Shown piece by piece: positions 37,009 to 45,402 of a stretch of 64,000 nucleotides of DNA. The notes under the pieces were generated by a model. That model did not search any database. It saw only the letters and a program-made list of their open reading frames with translations, and had not been told where the DNA came from. Within the stretch, counting starts at the first letter, position 1. Each line of letters begins with the position of its first letter. This DNA is from Candidatus Norongarragalina meridionalis (GTDB lineage: Archaea; Micrarchaeota; Micrarchaeia; Norongarragalinales; Norongarragalinaceae), in assembly GCA_902384935.1 (NCBI GenBank), contig CABMDO010000013.1, forward strand, positions 4,370-68,369, in the 5' to 3' direction. The position numbers and the translations under genes are program-made.

Positions 37009-37965
37009 ATGCCGTTCAACGCCTCTCGTTTTGTAGCCCAGAAAGCCGAAGACATGCAAAAATACGCGGATGGCGAGGCGGTCATCGCCACGTCGGGCGG
37101 AGTTGATTCCACAGTCGCCGCGGTGCTCGTGAAAAAGGCGTTCGGCAGGAAACTGCACTGCGTTTTCGTGGACACCGGCTTGCTAAGGAAGGGCGAGGCG
37201 GAAACCGCGAAGCTGAACTTCAGGAAATGCGGGCTCGACGTGAAAATCGTCGACGCATCGGCGCGTTTCCTCGGCGGACTGAAGGGCGTCGGGGACCCGG
37301 AACGCAAGCGCAAAATAATCGGCGAACTTTTCATACGCGTCTTCGAGGAAGAGGCGAAGGCGTGCAAGGCTAAGTACCTCGTTCAAGGGACGATCGCGCC
37401 GGACTGGATAGAAAGCGGTTCGGGAATGCGCGACAACATCAAATCCCATCACAACGTCGGCGGCTTGCCGAAGGAGATGGGCTTGCTTTTAATCGAGCCT
37501 TTGCGCGATTTGTACAAGGACGAGGTGCGTCTCGTAGCCAAGGAGCTCGGCGTTCCTTCGGAAGTATTCTCGCGCCAGCCGTTCCCCGGTCCCGGGCTTG
37601 CGATCCGGGTAATGGGCGAGGTTACGAAAGAACGCGTCGACATAGTTCGGGAAGCGTGCGCCATCGTCGAGGAAGAGCTTGAGGCTGCCGCGAAGGCGCG
37701 GAAAATGGAAATACCGTGGCAGTACTTCGCGGTTCTTCTGCCTGTGAAAAGCGTGGGAGTGCAGGGCGACGTGCGCGCCTACGGTTACACGATTGCAGTC
37801 AGAGCCGTCGACGCGGCGGACGGCATGACCGCCAACTATTCGGCGGTTCCTCACGAAATACTGCACAAGATTTCGCTTCGCATTACCAACGCTATGAAGG
37901 ACAAGGTCAACCGCGTCGTGTTCGACGTGACGAACAAGCCGCCTGCGACGATAGAGTGGGAATGA
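37009..37965 (+). CDS. guaA: GMP synthase subunit B (ATP pyrophosphatase)
   Basis: PP-loop SGGVDSTV and a C-terminal GMP synthase dimerisation domain. Archaeal two-subunit organisation. Confidence 0.85.
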   Translation: MPFNASRFVAQKAEDMQKYADGEAVIATSGGVDSTVAAVLVKKAFGRKLHCVFVDTGLLRKGEAETAKLNFRKCGLDVKIVDASARFLGGLKGVGDPERKRKIIGELFIRVFEEEAKACKAKYLVQGTIAPDWIESGSGMRDNIKSHHNVGGLPKEMGLLLIEPLRDLYKDEVRLVAKELGVPSEVFSRQPFPGPGLAIRVMGEVTKERVDIVREACAIVEEELEAAAKARKMEIPWQYFAVLLPVKSVGVQGDVRAYGYTIAVRAVDAADGMTANYSAVPHEILHKISLRITNAMKDKVNRVVFDVTNKPPATIEWE

Positions 37966-37966
37966 C

Positions 37967-38533
37967 ATGCGCGTAGCCGTAATCGACTTGGGAAGCCAGT
38001 GGACGCACAGGATATGGCGAACCCTGCGCGATTTGGACTGCGAATCCGAAATCCTTCCGCCCGACGTGTCCTTTTCGAAGGTGGCGGATGCCGATGGACT
38101 GGTGCTGAGCGGCGGTGCGGTGCGCATGGGCAAAGGAGAGGATTCGAAGGTTTCCAAGTGCCACGCGCTTCTCGACGAATTCAAGAAACCAGTGTTCGGA
38201 GTGTGCGCGGGGCAGCAGTTCATCGCGCTGCATTACGGCGGGAGCGTCGCGCCGGCGAAGATGCCCGAATACGGCAACACCGAACTCACGATAATCGAGC
38301 CCGACGACCTGTTCGCGGGTTTGCCGAGGAAATTCACGGTCTGGGCGTCGCACAACGACGAGGTGACGAAAGCGCCGGGGTTCGAGCTTCTGGCGTCCTC
38401 GCCGGATTGCAAATGGCACGCCTTCAAGCACGCGAAAAAGCCGTTATACGGCACGCTTTTCCACCCCGAGGTGGCGCACTCGCAGCACGGCGAGGAAATA
38501 TACGCGAACTTCGTAAAAGTTTGCAGGCGCTAG
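37967..38533 (+). CDS. guaA: GMP synthase subunit A (class I glutamine amidotransferase)
   Basis: GATase catalytic Cys in GVCAGQQ and the HPE motif (LFHPEVAHS). Confidence 0.8.
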   Translation: MRVAVIDLGSQWTHRIWRTLRDLDCESEILPPDVSFSKVADADGLVLSGGAVRMGKGEDSKVSKCHALLDEFKKPVFGVCAGQQFIALHYGGSVAPAKMPEYGNTELTIIEPDDLFAGLPRKFTVWASHNDEVTKAPGFELLASSPDCKWHAFKHAKKPLYGTLFHPEVAHSQHGEEIYANFVKVCRR

Positions 38534-39345
38534 TAACTGCTTTCTATCGCGGCGCCTATTGCCAGCAGAATAAGCGATATCGCCGTCAGCGCGATGACGT
38601 CCCTGAGCACGAACTTGAAGCAGCCGCTTTTGTAGTGCTTCCTCATCACCGCCACCGAAAGAATTCCTCCCGCAATGCTCGCCACGAAGTAGGCGGCGAT
38701 TTCGAAAATGCCGTGAGGCAGCAGGGAGACGAAGCCCATCACGACTCCGAGCACGCCCTCGTTGATTTTGCTGCCGATGACGAGCCCGATGATGGACGCG
38801 TTCCATAGCAGCAGATAAACCGAACCCATGCCGTATACCAAACAGAACGCGAACATCAGGCCGAGCACCTGCAGGTTGTGCGTGAACAGATATTCGAAGC
38901 GGGCGGAATCGAAGAACCTGCCGGTTGTTATGCCCTTTATGGCGTTCAGTTCGTTCATCTGGTCTGCGTAGAGCGCCTGCGTCTGCTGCGCGGGAAGCGC
39001 GGCGTACCAGACGGAGTAGGCGAACACCGCGCCCAAGAAGAAGAAGGAGAACACCTCGACGAGCGCGGCGTGCCTCGCGAGTATGCTCGTTACCGATGCG
39101 CCTTCCCAATAATGCGTGCGGTAGCACGCCTGGATTTCCGCCTCCTCGTCGTGTTCCTCGCGGACGAGAAGGGACCACATGAGCGGAATCGCCGGCACCA
39201 TGGCGAATATGATTATGGAACCCTTTACCGAGGGAATGAACATCTGGACGAGCACGGCGAAGGACACGAACAGCGCCGCGACGATGAACACTTCGTGCGG
39301 CTTGCGCTTCGCCTCGCGCGGCGAAATCAGGTAGTCCAGCACCAT
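38530..39345 (-). CDS. SpoIIM-family (stage II sporulation protein M-like) membrane protein
   Basis: 271 aa polytopic protein of the archaeal SpoIIM/DUF95-like architecture. Confidence 0.5.
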   Translation of the reverse strand: MVLDYLISPREAKRKPHEVFIVAALFVSFAVLVQMFIPSVKGSIIIFAMVPAIPLMWSLLVREEHDEEAEIQACYRTHYWEGASVTSILARHAALVEVFSFFFLGAVFAYSVWYAALPAQQTQALYADQMNELNAIKGITTGRFFDSARFEYLFTHNLQVLGLMFAFCLVYGMGSVYLLLWNASIIGLVIGSKINEGVLGVVMGFVSLLPHGIFEIAAYFVASIAGGILSVAVMRKHYKSGCFKFVLRDVIALTAISLILLAIGAAIESSY

Positions 39346-39396
39346 AACCCTAGAAACGCGCCAACCCTTAAAAGCGCTACCGTTGATGTTTTCTCA

Positions 39397-39984
39397 ATGC
39401 TCGAATCATTGCTCGCTCTCGAACAGCAGCTCACGGACAGCGTCGTCGCTCTTGTCGGCTCCTACGGCGGACTCGGCATACTGGTGGGTATGTTCCTGGA
39501 GTCTTCGATAGTGCCGATTCCCTCGGAAGTCATACTGGTGACTGCGGGATTGCTCGGATTCGATCCCCTTACGGTCGCCATCTACGGCACAATAGGCTCC
39601 ACGCTCGGCGCAATAGTCGGCTATTTCATCGGCAAGCTGGGCGGACGCCCCGTAATCGACAAAATCGGGCCCTATCTGTTCATAACGCAGGAAAAGGTGC
39701 TCGCGGCGGAGCAGAAATTCAAGGAATGGGGCGGATGGACCGTTTTCGTATCGCGTCTCATCCCCTTCATCCCGTACAAGGTGTTCTCGATAACGAGCGG
39801 CATCCTGAAGTACGATTTCAAGCAGTTCGTGTTCTTCACGTTCATCGGCTCCTTCCCGCGCTGCTTCCTGCTCGCGTGGATAGGCGTGCAGATAATGCAG
39901 TACCGCGAAGTCGCGCTTTACGTTCTCGGGGCGGTCGCGCTGCTCGCGATTGGATACTGGCTCTGGACGAAGCGGAAGCGCTGA
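39397..39984 (+). CDS. DedA / SNARE-associated (TVP38/TMEM64) family membrane protein
   Basis: DedA signature region ...FLESSIVPIPSEVILVTAGLL...GRPVIDK...WGGWTVFVSRLIPFIPYKVFSITSG. Start at MLESLL (39397). The track extension is rejected. Confidence 0.65.
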   Translation: MLESLLALEQQLTDSVVALVGSYGGLGILVGMFLESSIVPIPSEVILVTAGLLGFDPLTVAIYGTIGSTLGAIVGYFIGKLGGRPVIDKIGPYLFITQEKVLAAEQKFKEWGGWTVFVSRLIPFIPYKVFSITSGILKYDFKQFVFFTFIGSFPRCFLLAWIGVQIMQYREVALYVLGAVALLAIGYWLWTKRKR

Positions 39985-40251
39985 CTACCTGCTCTTGTAA
40001 ATCCTATCGTGATGGTCGTAGTCCTCGAGCGTCACCGTCTTCGTTTTTTCATCAACGGAGAACGTGAGCACGAAATTGCCTATGTGGACGCGCTTCCATG
40101 CCTCCAGTGGCGGACGCAGGTTTTTGTAATGCTGCGGGTTTTCAAGGATTTCAGCAGTCTTCTTGAACACCGCCTCGTACTGCTTCCTGTCGCGCTTCGC
40201 CAATTTCTTGAGTTTGCGGTCTATCGATGGCGTCGTGTCCACTGAATACAA
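39985..40251 (-). CDS. Type II toxin, RelE/ParE family
   Basis: 88 aa, downstream of a small partner ORF. RelE/ParE-like sequence (IDRKLKKLAKRDRKQYEAVFKK...PPLEAWKRVHIGNFVLTFSVDEKTKTVTLEDY). Lower GC than its surroundings. Confidence 0.6.
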   Translation of the reverse strand: MYSVDTTPSIDRKLKKLAKRDRKQYEAVFKKTAEILENPQHYKNLRPPLEAWKRVHIGNFVLTFSVDEKTKTVTLEDYDHHDRIYKSR

Positions 40252-40536
40252 TCAGCCGTACCTCTTCTTGAAGTCGCCCATGCTTCCGACGTGAATGGAT
40301 TTTTCCCGCATTATCCGTTTTGCTTTTTTGACGTATTCCGGCCTGAGCTCCGGTTCCAGGAGCTTGTCGTCATACTCCTGCGCCATCTGGCATATCGCCT
40401 GAGACTTGTCCCGAAGCCCGTATTTCGCCTTCACGATGTTCAGGACGCGGTTCGCCTCTTCCGTTATGTTCACGACGGCATATACCATATCATCACGATA
40501 ATATGGTATTAATTCGGTATTAATATGCCTTTTCAT
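40252..40536 (-). CDS. Putative antitoxin partner of the RelE/ParE toxin
   Basis: 94-aa ORF immediately upstream of the toxin and abutting it. Confidence 0.45.
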   Translation of the reverse strand: MKRHINTELIPYYRDDMVYAVVNITEEANRVLNIVKAKYGLRDKSQAICQMAQEYDDKLLEPELRPEYVKKAKRIMREKSIHVGSMGDFKKRYG

Positions 40537-40601
40537 GGAACGTCTATGGCATTAAAATCTCGCGGTTTTTAAGAGTCGGGAGGCGTCGCTTCCACTGCGC
40601 G

Positions 40602-41411
40602 CTATTTCTTCGGCATGCGTCCGCGCGGCTTCGGAATCTTCAGCTTGGGATAGAGCCCGTTTATCGTTTCCGTCGAAACGTAGGGCGTGAAGCCGCATCT
40701 CGCGAACGCGCGCTCGAAAAGAAGTTCGCGAAGCAGTTTCTCGTCGCGGGCGAACGGAGTAATGTCCGCTTCTGCCGCTGCCCTGAGCGCATCCGGCAAT
40801 CTCGAGAAGGACTTTCTTTCCGGAATCGCGGAGAAAACCTTGTTCATAAAAGCGGAATAGGAAACGTAATCCTTCGCCGCCAGCTCTTCGGTTTTCCGTG
40901 AAATCGACGCGTACATGCCGACGAGCGCGGCGAGCACCTCGTCGTCCGTCGCCTTTCCGGGCAACGCCTTCTTAACCACCTGCCAGCCGCCGCAGTTCGC
41001 CGCGAGCAGTATCGGCGACGTCGGCTTCTTCTTTGCTGCGCGGGGGAACGCCCTGTCGCACAGCACCCGCAGGAAATACGCCCATCCCAGGTCGAGAGGC
41101 TCGCCTTTTGTCTTGTCAACCCCGAATTCGTCGATTTCGCGCTTGTACTTCACGTGCTTCCCGAGTTCGGCGGCAACCGCTCCCTGCTTCAGGGAAGCGA
41201 TAACCTTTGGAAGGTCTGCGGGGGATTTTATCTGGGCGAAATACGGCCGCGCCATCGCCTCTATCCCGGCGGCGTCTATGGGCGCGTAATAAAACATGGT
41301 TCCGAGCACGCTTTCGCGCGCCGAAGAAACCTCGCGGAGCAGCTGCTCGGGTTTCGGCCACTCGAGCTCGCGCTTCTCGCCCGAGAAATCAAACAGGAAG
41401 AATTCCCTCAT
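40602..41411 (-). CDS. Hypothetical protein translationally coupled to rpl37ae (last gene of the exosome superoperon)
   Basis: Start MREFFLFDF overlaps the L37ae stop (ATGA). About 270 aa, predicted all-alpha. No motif recognised. Confidence 0.4.
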   Translation of the reverse strand: MREFFLFDFSGEKRELEWPKPEQLLREVSSARESVLGTMFYYAPIDAAGIEAMARPYFAQIKSPADLPKVIASLKQGAVAAELGKHVKYKREIDEFGVDKTKGEPLDLGWAYFLRVLCDRAFPRAAKKKPTSPILLAANCGGWQVVKKALPGKATDDEVLAALVGMYASISRKTEELAAKDYVSYSAFMNKVFSAIPERKSFSRLPDALRAAAEADITPFARDEKLLRELLFERAFARCGFTPYVSTETINGLYPKLKIPKPRGRMPKK

Positions 41412-41638
41412 TCCTTCTTTCCCGCCAGCGCCTTTTTCGAGGCGATTCCCGCTTCGGTTTGCGGCGAGTACGCCCCGCCCGCGAACGTGCAGTTGCAGGA
41501 GTGGCATCTCCAGCGTGCGTGCCCTTCGCGCCTGACGCTGTCCTTTCCGCAGCGCGGGCACGGGTGGTGCTTGTTCTTCTCCTTAAGCACCGCGGCTTCC
41601 TGCTTGCGTATCTTTACTCCGTAACGCGACGTTCCCAT
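41408..41638 (-). CDS. rpl37ae: 50S ribosomal protein L37Ae (L43e)
   Basis: YGVKIRKQ...CPRCG...WRCHSCNCTFAGGAY zinc ribbon. 76 aa. Confidence 0.8.
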   Translation of the reverse strand: MGTSRYGVKIRKQEAAVLKEKNKHHPCPRCGKDSVRREGHARWRCHSCNCTFAGGAYSPQTEAGIASKKALAGKKE

Positions 41639-41687
41639 ATCATCACCCTTTGTTCGATGCGCCGTAATTCTACCAGGCGCATCAACC

Positions 41688-42464
41688 TCATATTAGTTTT
41701 CTGAGTTCCCCGCCCTTCTCAAGGGCGATGCCCATCATCGTCACTATCTCGGCGCGCGAGAATCCTGCCGCCCCGCTCTTCTGAGTTGCGCAGATGGTTT
41801 TGGAATCCGCGGTTGCAATCGTATAGCGTCCGTCGCTCGCGATTTCCTCCTCGTCCGTTCCATCCGCCAGGAGTTTCCCGCCGATTTTCTCGAAGGAGCA
41901 CGTTACCACCTTGTGCGCTATCGGGAGACTTCCCGTAGGCTGGTCGCGCAGAAGCTTCTTCGTTTCGGTATCGTATTTCGGCACCTTGGCGTCCGCGAGC
42001 GCGGCCATCGCCGCCAGCGCGGCGCAGTCTATGAGGTTGCCCGAGTGGTCCAATACGTACAAATCGACGAACACGCCGAGCACCTTACCCTCCTCGAGGA
42101 ACAGCGACTTCAAATCTATTACCTCGGCGCTGCGTATTCCCCTGTCCACGACGCGGGCGAGCTCGACGTTGTTCTCGTTGGGCGGGCCCGGCTCGAAAGC
42201 GGGGTGCGCCAAAATCGGGAACTCCGAATTCACCATGAACACCCCTTCGTTGGGGCGGTCGGCGAACGGAATAGCTGCGTCGAATTTAACGCCTGCAGCG
42301 ACTTTCGTGTCGCCTATTTCCGCAAGGGCGCTTCCTTCGGCGTTCGGATACGCGCCTTTCGTCACCTTTACGTCGCGGTACTGCAGCAACTGCCTTCCGT
42401 CGGCGCGGCTGCCTTTTGCGAGCAGGTCGCGCACGTACGCTTCCTTCACTTCGTCGAGTATCAT
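41688..42464 (-). CDS. rrp42: Exosome complex component Rrp42
   Basis: RNase PH-like inactive subunit (ADGRQ...DVKVTKG...AEGSALAEIGDTKVAAGV). Start at MILDEV (42462-42464) overlapping the rrp41 stop. The long Arg-rich N-terminal extension in the track is rejected. Confidence 0.75.
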   Translation of the reverse strand: MILDEVKEAYVRDLLAKGSRADGRQLLQYRDVKVTKGAYPNAEGSALAEIGDTKVAAGVKFDAAIPFADRPNEGVFMVNSEFPILAHPAFEPGPPNENNVELARVVDRGIRSAEVIDLKSLFLEEGKVLGVFVDLYVLDHSGNLIDCAALAAMAALADAKVPKYDTETKKLLRDQPTGSLPIAHKVVTCSFEKIGGKLLADGTDEEEIASDGRYTIATADSKTICATQKSGAAGFSRAEIVTMMGIALEKGGELRKLI

Positions 42465-43225
42465 CAGTTTCCGCCTCCGTTGTTGCCGTTCTCGGTTTCC
42501 GCGAGGATGCTTTCGTAGCGCTCCTTCAGCGCCGCAACCTGCAGCTCGCGTATTTTCTTGGAAGCCTCGAAGGACATGTCCATCGCTTCCGCGATTTCCT
42601 CCTTCGTGAGCTTTCCGTCTATCTGGTGCAGCAATACTTCGCCAGTTCTGGGCGAAAGTATTAGCGGCATGTCGCTTTCGCCGTAATTGTCCTCGGTTTT
42701 GTCCAAGTCGACAACGAGTTGGCCGTTGATTCTGCCGACGCTGACTCCGCAAACGAGGTCCTTCATCGGAATTCCCGCGTCCGCGAGCGCCACGCTTGCG
42801 GCGGTGATTGCGGCGACGCGCGTTCCGCCGTCGCTCTGCAGCACTTCCATGTCAACGTTGATCATCGTCTTGGGGAACATGCCCGTGAGCACGACGTTTT
42901 CGAATACGTGCTTCGCCACCTTGCTGATCTCCATGCTTCTCCTGTTCGGGCCGCTGCGTCCGTGCTCCTCCTGTCCTGAAAACGGCGCCATGATGTAGCG
43001 CGCCTGTATGATCGCGCGCTTCGGGTCCGTCATGTGCCTGGGCACGACCTCGCGAGGTCCGAAAACGCCCGCAAGAACCTTGTTGCGCCCCCATTCGATG
43101 AGCGCGGAACCGTTCGCCCTCTTGAGCACGCCCGCCTTTATGGAAATCGGGCGCAAATCGTTGAAGCCCCTGCCGTCGAGGCGCTTCCCGTTCACTATCA
43201 TCTGTTTTTCTTCGCTTACCGCCAT
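42464..43225 (-). CDS. rrp41: Exosome complex exonuclease Rrp41
   Basis: RNase PH domain (RLDGRGFNDLRPISIKAGVLKRANGSALIEWGRNKVLAGV) and phosphate-binding GTRV-like region (QSDGGTRVAAI). Confidence 0.8.
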   Translation of the reverse strand: MAVSEEKQMIVNGKRLDGRGFNDLRPISIKAGVLKRANGSALIEWGRNKVLAGVFGPREVVPRHMTDPKRAIIQARYIMAPFSGQEEHGRSGPNRRSMEISKVAKHVFENVVLTGMFPKTMINVDMEVLQSDGGTRVAAITAASVALADAGIPMKDLVCGVSVGRINGQLVVDLDKTEDNYGESDMPLILSPRTGEVLLHQIDGKLTKEEIAEAMDMSFEASKKIRELQVAALKERYESILAETENGNNGGGN

Positions 43226-43229
43226 GAAA

Positions 43230-43832
43230 TCACTCCCTTCCTTCCAGGAGCGCGACTACGCGGTCGGTCAATCCGCCCGTGTGCGCCTCCTTGCAAATCT
43301 TCAGAATCGCCCTTATCGCCAGCGCGGTGTTTCCGCCCTTCACGTAGATGCGTCCGTTCTTGCCGACGAGCAGTTCGCTCTTGGTGTGCTGCTTTATCGT
43401 CTCCACCATGCTCGCGTTCCTGCCTATGATGCGCGGAACCTTCACCGATTCGACGTCGATGATTTCGCCGCCCCAAAGCTTGCGGGGCTCCGCGATTATC
43501 GCCTCGTGAATCTCGTTCACGTCCACCACCTTGGCGGAAATCACTTCGCCTACCGCGAAGCGCTCGCGCGTTTCGCGCGTGCTCAGCCTCCCCTCGTAGG
43601 GGGAGTTTATCTCTATCTCGTAGCCGCTGAACATCTCCTCCTTCACGATGCCGACTACCGCATCGCCTGGCTTCGGCAGGTAATATCCTTTCAGGGGCAC
43701 GAGCTTTCCGTCGTGCACCATCGCCATGGTCGTGGCGAACGTGCCCGTCGCGTCGGCGTATCCTCCCTCGACACGCCTCTGGTCGTCGAAGACCTTTTCT
43801 CCGGGGACCACGATTGTCCTTTCATTTTCCAT
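43230..43832 (-). CDS. rrp4: Exosome complex component Rrp4 (S1 + KH)
   Basis: S1 domain (PGDAVVGIVKEE...) followed by a KH-like GxxG (VGKNGRI). 200 aa. Confidence 0.7.
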   Translation of the reverse strand: MENERTIVVPGEKVFDDQRRVEGGYADATGTFATTMAMVHDGKLVPLKGYYLPKPGDAVVGIVKEEMFSGYEIEINSPYEGRLSTRETRERFAVGEVISAKVVDVNEIHEAIIAEPRKLWGGEIIDVESVKVPRIIGRNASMVETIKQHTKSELLVGKNGRIYVKGGNTALAIRAILKICKEAHTGGLTDRVVALLEGRE

Positions 43833-43847
43833 TTTTTATCTCCTCAA

Positions 43848-44540
43848 TCAGTTCAATGACTTCGTCTGCGCCTGCCCAGCCGTCGCCCTGTTCAGGCGGT
43901 CGAAGAACTCGCCGCTCATTCCCGCGGGGAATTCGCAGACGCAGAGCAGCGAGCCGTCGTTTGCCCATTCGTCCTTCGTCATTCCGTATTCCTTCAGCAA
44001 TCCGTAAGCCCGGCCCGCGTGATCCGCCGGGACTTTGACCGCAACTTTCGCCTTCTCCGTGCTTATCGGTATGATTTCGCGTATCTCTTCTATTACCTCT
44101 TCGACCTGCGCTTCCGCGCTCTTGAAGGCGTCGATGTGAACGCGCGCCTCCTCCATCGCCTTCTCGATGCGCTGCGGGGGGTGGGGCGCCTTCGTGCGCG
44201 GATCCACCACGTTCGCGGCTATCAGCGAGACTATCTTCGTGCGCTTTTCCTCGAGCAGCTTCCTTCGCTGGTCCGTCGTGAGCTGGAGTTCGCCTTCAGC
44301 GAATATGCGCTTGGCGATTTCGTTGATGTCGTCGGTTCCGAAGAACTTCTTCACCGCGCCGCCCGTCTGGCGCTCGCCGCGCTGTGCATCCTTGAACACC
44401 TCTTCGACGACGAGGACGTTCGTGATGTCCTTCCGCGCCCCTGTCTTGTATTCGTAGCCGAGCTTGGGATCCACGAGAATTTCGAAACGTTCGCCTCCCT
44501 TTTCCAGGCGAGCGACGATTGTGTTTTCTATTCCGGACAC
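43848..44540 (-). CDS. Ribosome maturation protein SBDS/SDO1 homolog
   Basis: FEILVDPKLGYEYKTG N-terminal FYSH domain. 230 aa. Position between psmA and rrp4 as in the archaeal superoperon. Confidence 0.75.
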   Translation of the reverse strand: MSGIENTIVARLEKGGERFEILVDPKLGYEYKTGARKDITNVLVVEEVFKDAQRGERQTGGAVKKFFGTDDINEIAKRIFAEGELQLTTDQRRKLLEEKRTKIVSLIAANVVDPRTKAPHPPQRIEKAMEEARVHIDAFKSAEAQVEEVIEEIREIIPISTEKAKVAVKVPADHAGRAYGLLKEYGMTKDEWANDGSLLCVCEFPAGMSGEFFDRLNRATAGQAQTKSLN

Positions 44541-44547
44541 GAACCTT

Positions 44548-45264
44548 TCAACCCTTTTCGAGGTAACCGGCGATTTCCTCGCGGCTCAGTGCGCGGGACT
44601 TCTTCGCCTTGTCGACTATCGCGACGTCGACGAGTTCGTGCGTGAGCTTGTCGTTCGTCGCCTTCCTCAGCGCGCGTATCGCGAGCTTGATTCCTTCCTG
44701 CATCGGGATGCTCTCCTTGTACTCCTTCTCGAAGAACTCCTCGACCGCCTTTTTGCCGGAACCTATGGCGGTTGCCTTGTATTCGAATAGCGCGCCGCTC
44801 GGGTCAGTTTCGAAAAGATGCAGGGAGCCGTCCCTGTCCGCCCCGCCGATGAGCAGCGAAACCCCGTAGGGCCGCGCGCCGCCGTATTGCGTGAAGAACT
44901 GGACGTGGTCGCCGACGTGCTTCGCTATCACTTCGATGGGCATTTCCTCGTTGAACGTCATGCGGTGCTTCTGCGCCTCGAGCCGCGCGAAATCCACGAG
45001 CTTCCTCGCGTCCGCAACTAGCCCAGACGAAGCCGCCGCGATGTGTTCGTCTATCAGGTATATCTTTTCGTGCGATATGCTGACCGCCAGCGGCGACGTG
45101 ATGCGCTTGTGCGCGAGCAGGACGAGCCCGTCCCTGCAAACCACGCCTATGCTGGTGCTCCCGGTTTTCACCGCCTCGCGCGCGTATTCCACCTGGAACA
45201 GCCTGCCGTCTGGCGAGAACACCGTAATGGCCCTATCGTAAGCCGCCTGCGAAGGAGGATACAC
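44548..45264 (-). CDS. psmA: Proteasome subunit alpha
   Basis: YDRAITVFSPDGRLFQVEYAREAV alpha-subunit signature. 238 aa. Confidence 0.85.
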   Translation of the reverse strand: MYPPSQAAYDRAITVFSPDGRLFQVEYAREAVKTGSTSIGVVCRDGLVLLAHKRITSPLAVSISHEKIYLIDEHIAAASSGLVADARKLVDFARLEAQKHRMTFNEEMPIEVIAKHVGDHVQFFTQYGGARPYGVSLLIGGADRDGSLHLFETDPSGALFEYKATAIGSGKKAVEEFFEKEYKESIPMQEGIKLAIRALRKATNDKLTHELVDVAIVDKAKKSRALSREEIAGYLEKG

Positions 45265-45402
45265 TAAAACCCACCTCTCTGTTTTTTATGCTAACACAAA
45301 TCAGCCCGCCTCGAAGGACGGTCCAATTTCGTTTTGTTTCTCTCTACGGAAGAATTACGGAAAACCGCTTTTTAAGCGTGCGCCTTGGCTTCCTCCGCCG
45401 CC

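Noticed and set aside
42465-42752. 96-aa Arg-rich N-terminal extension of the rrp42 ORF
   Set aside because: It overlaps the rrp41 3' end. Rrp42 homology starts at MILDEV, which has a 1-nt overlap coupling to rrp41.
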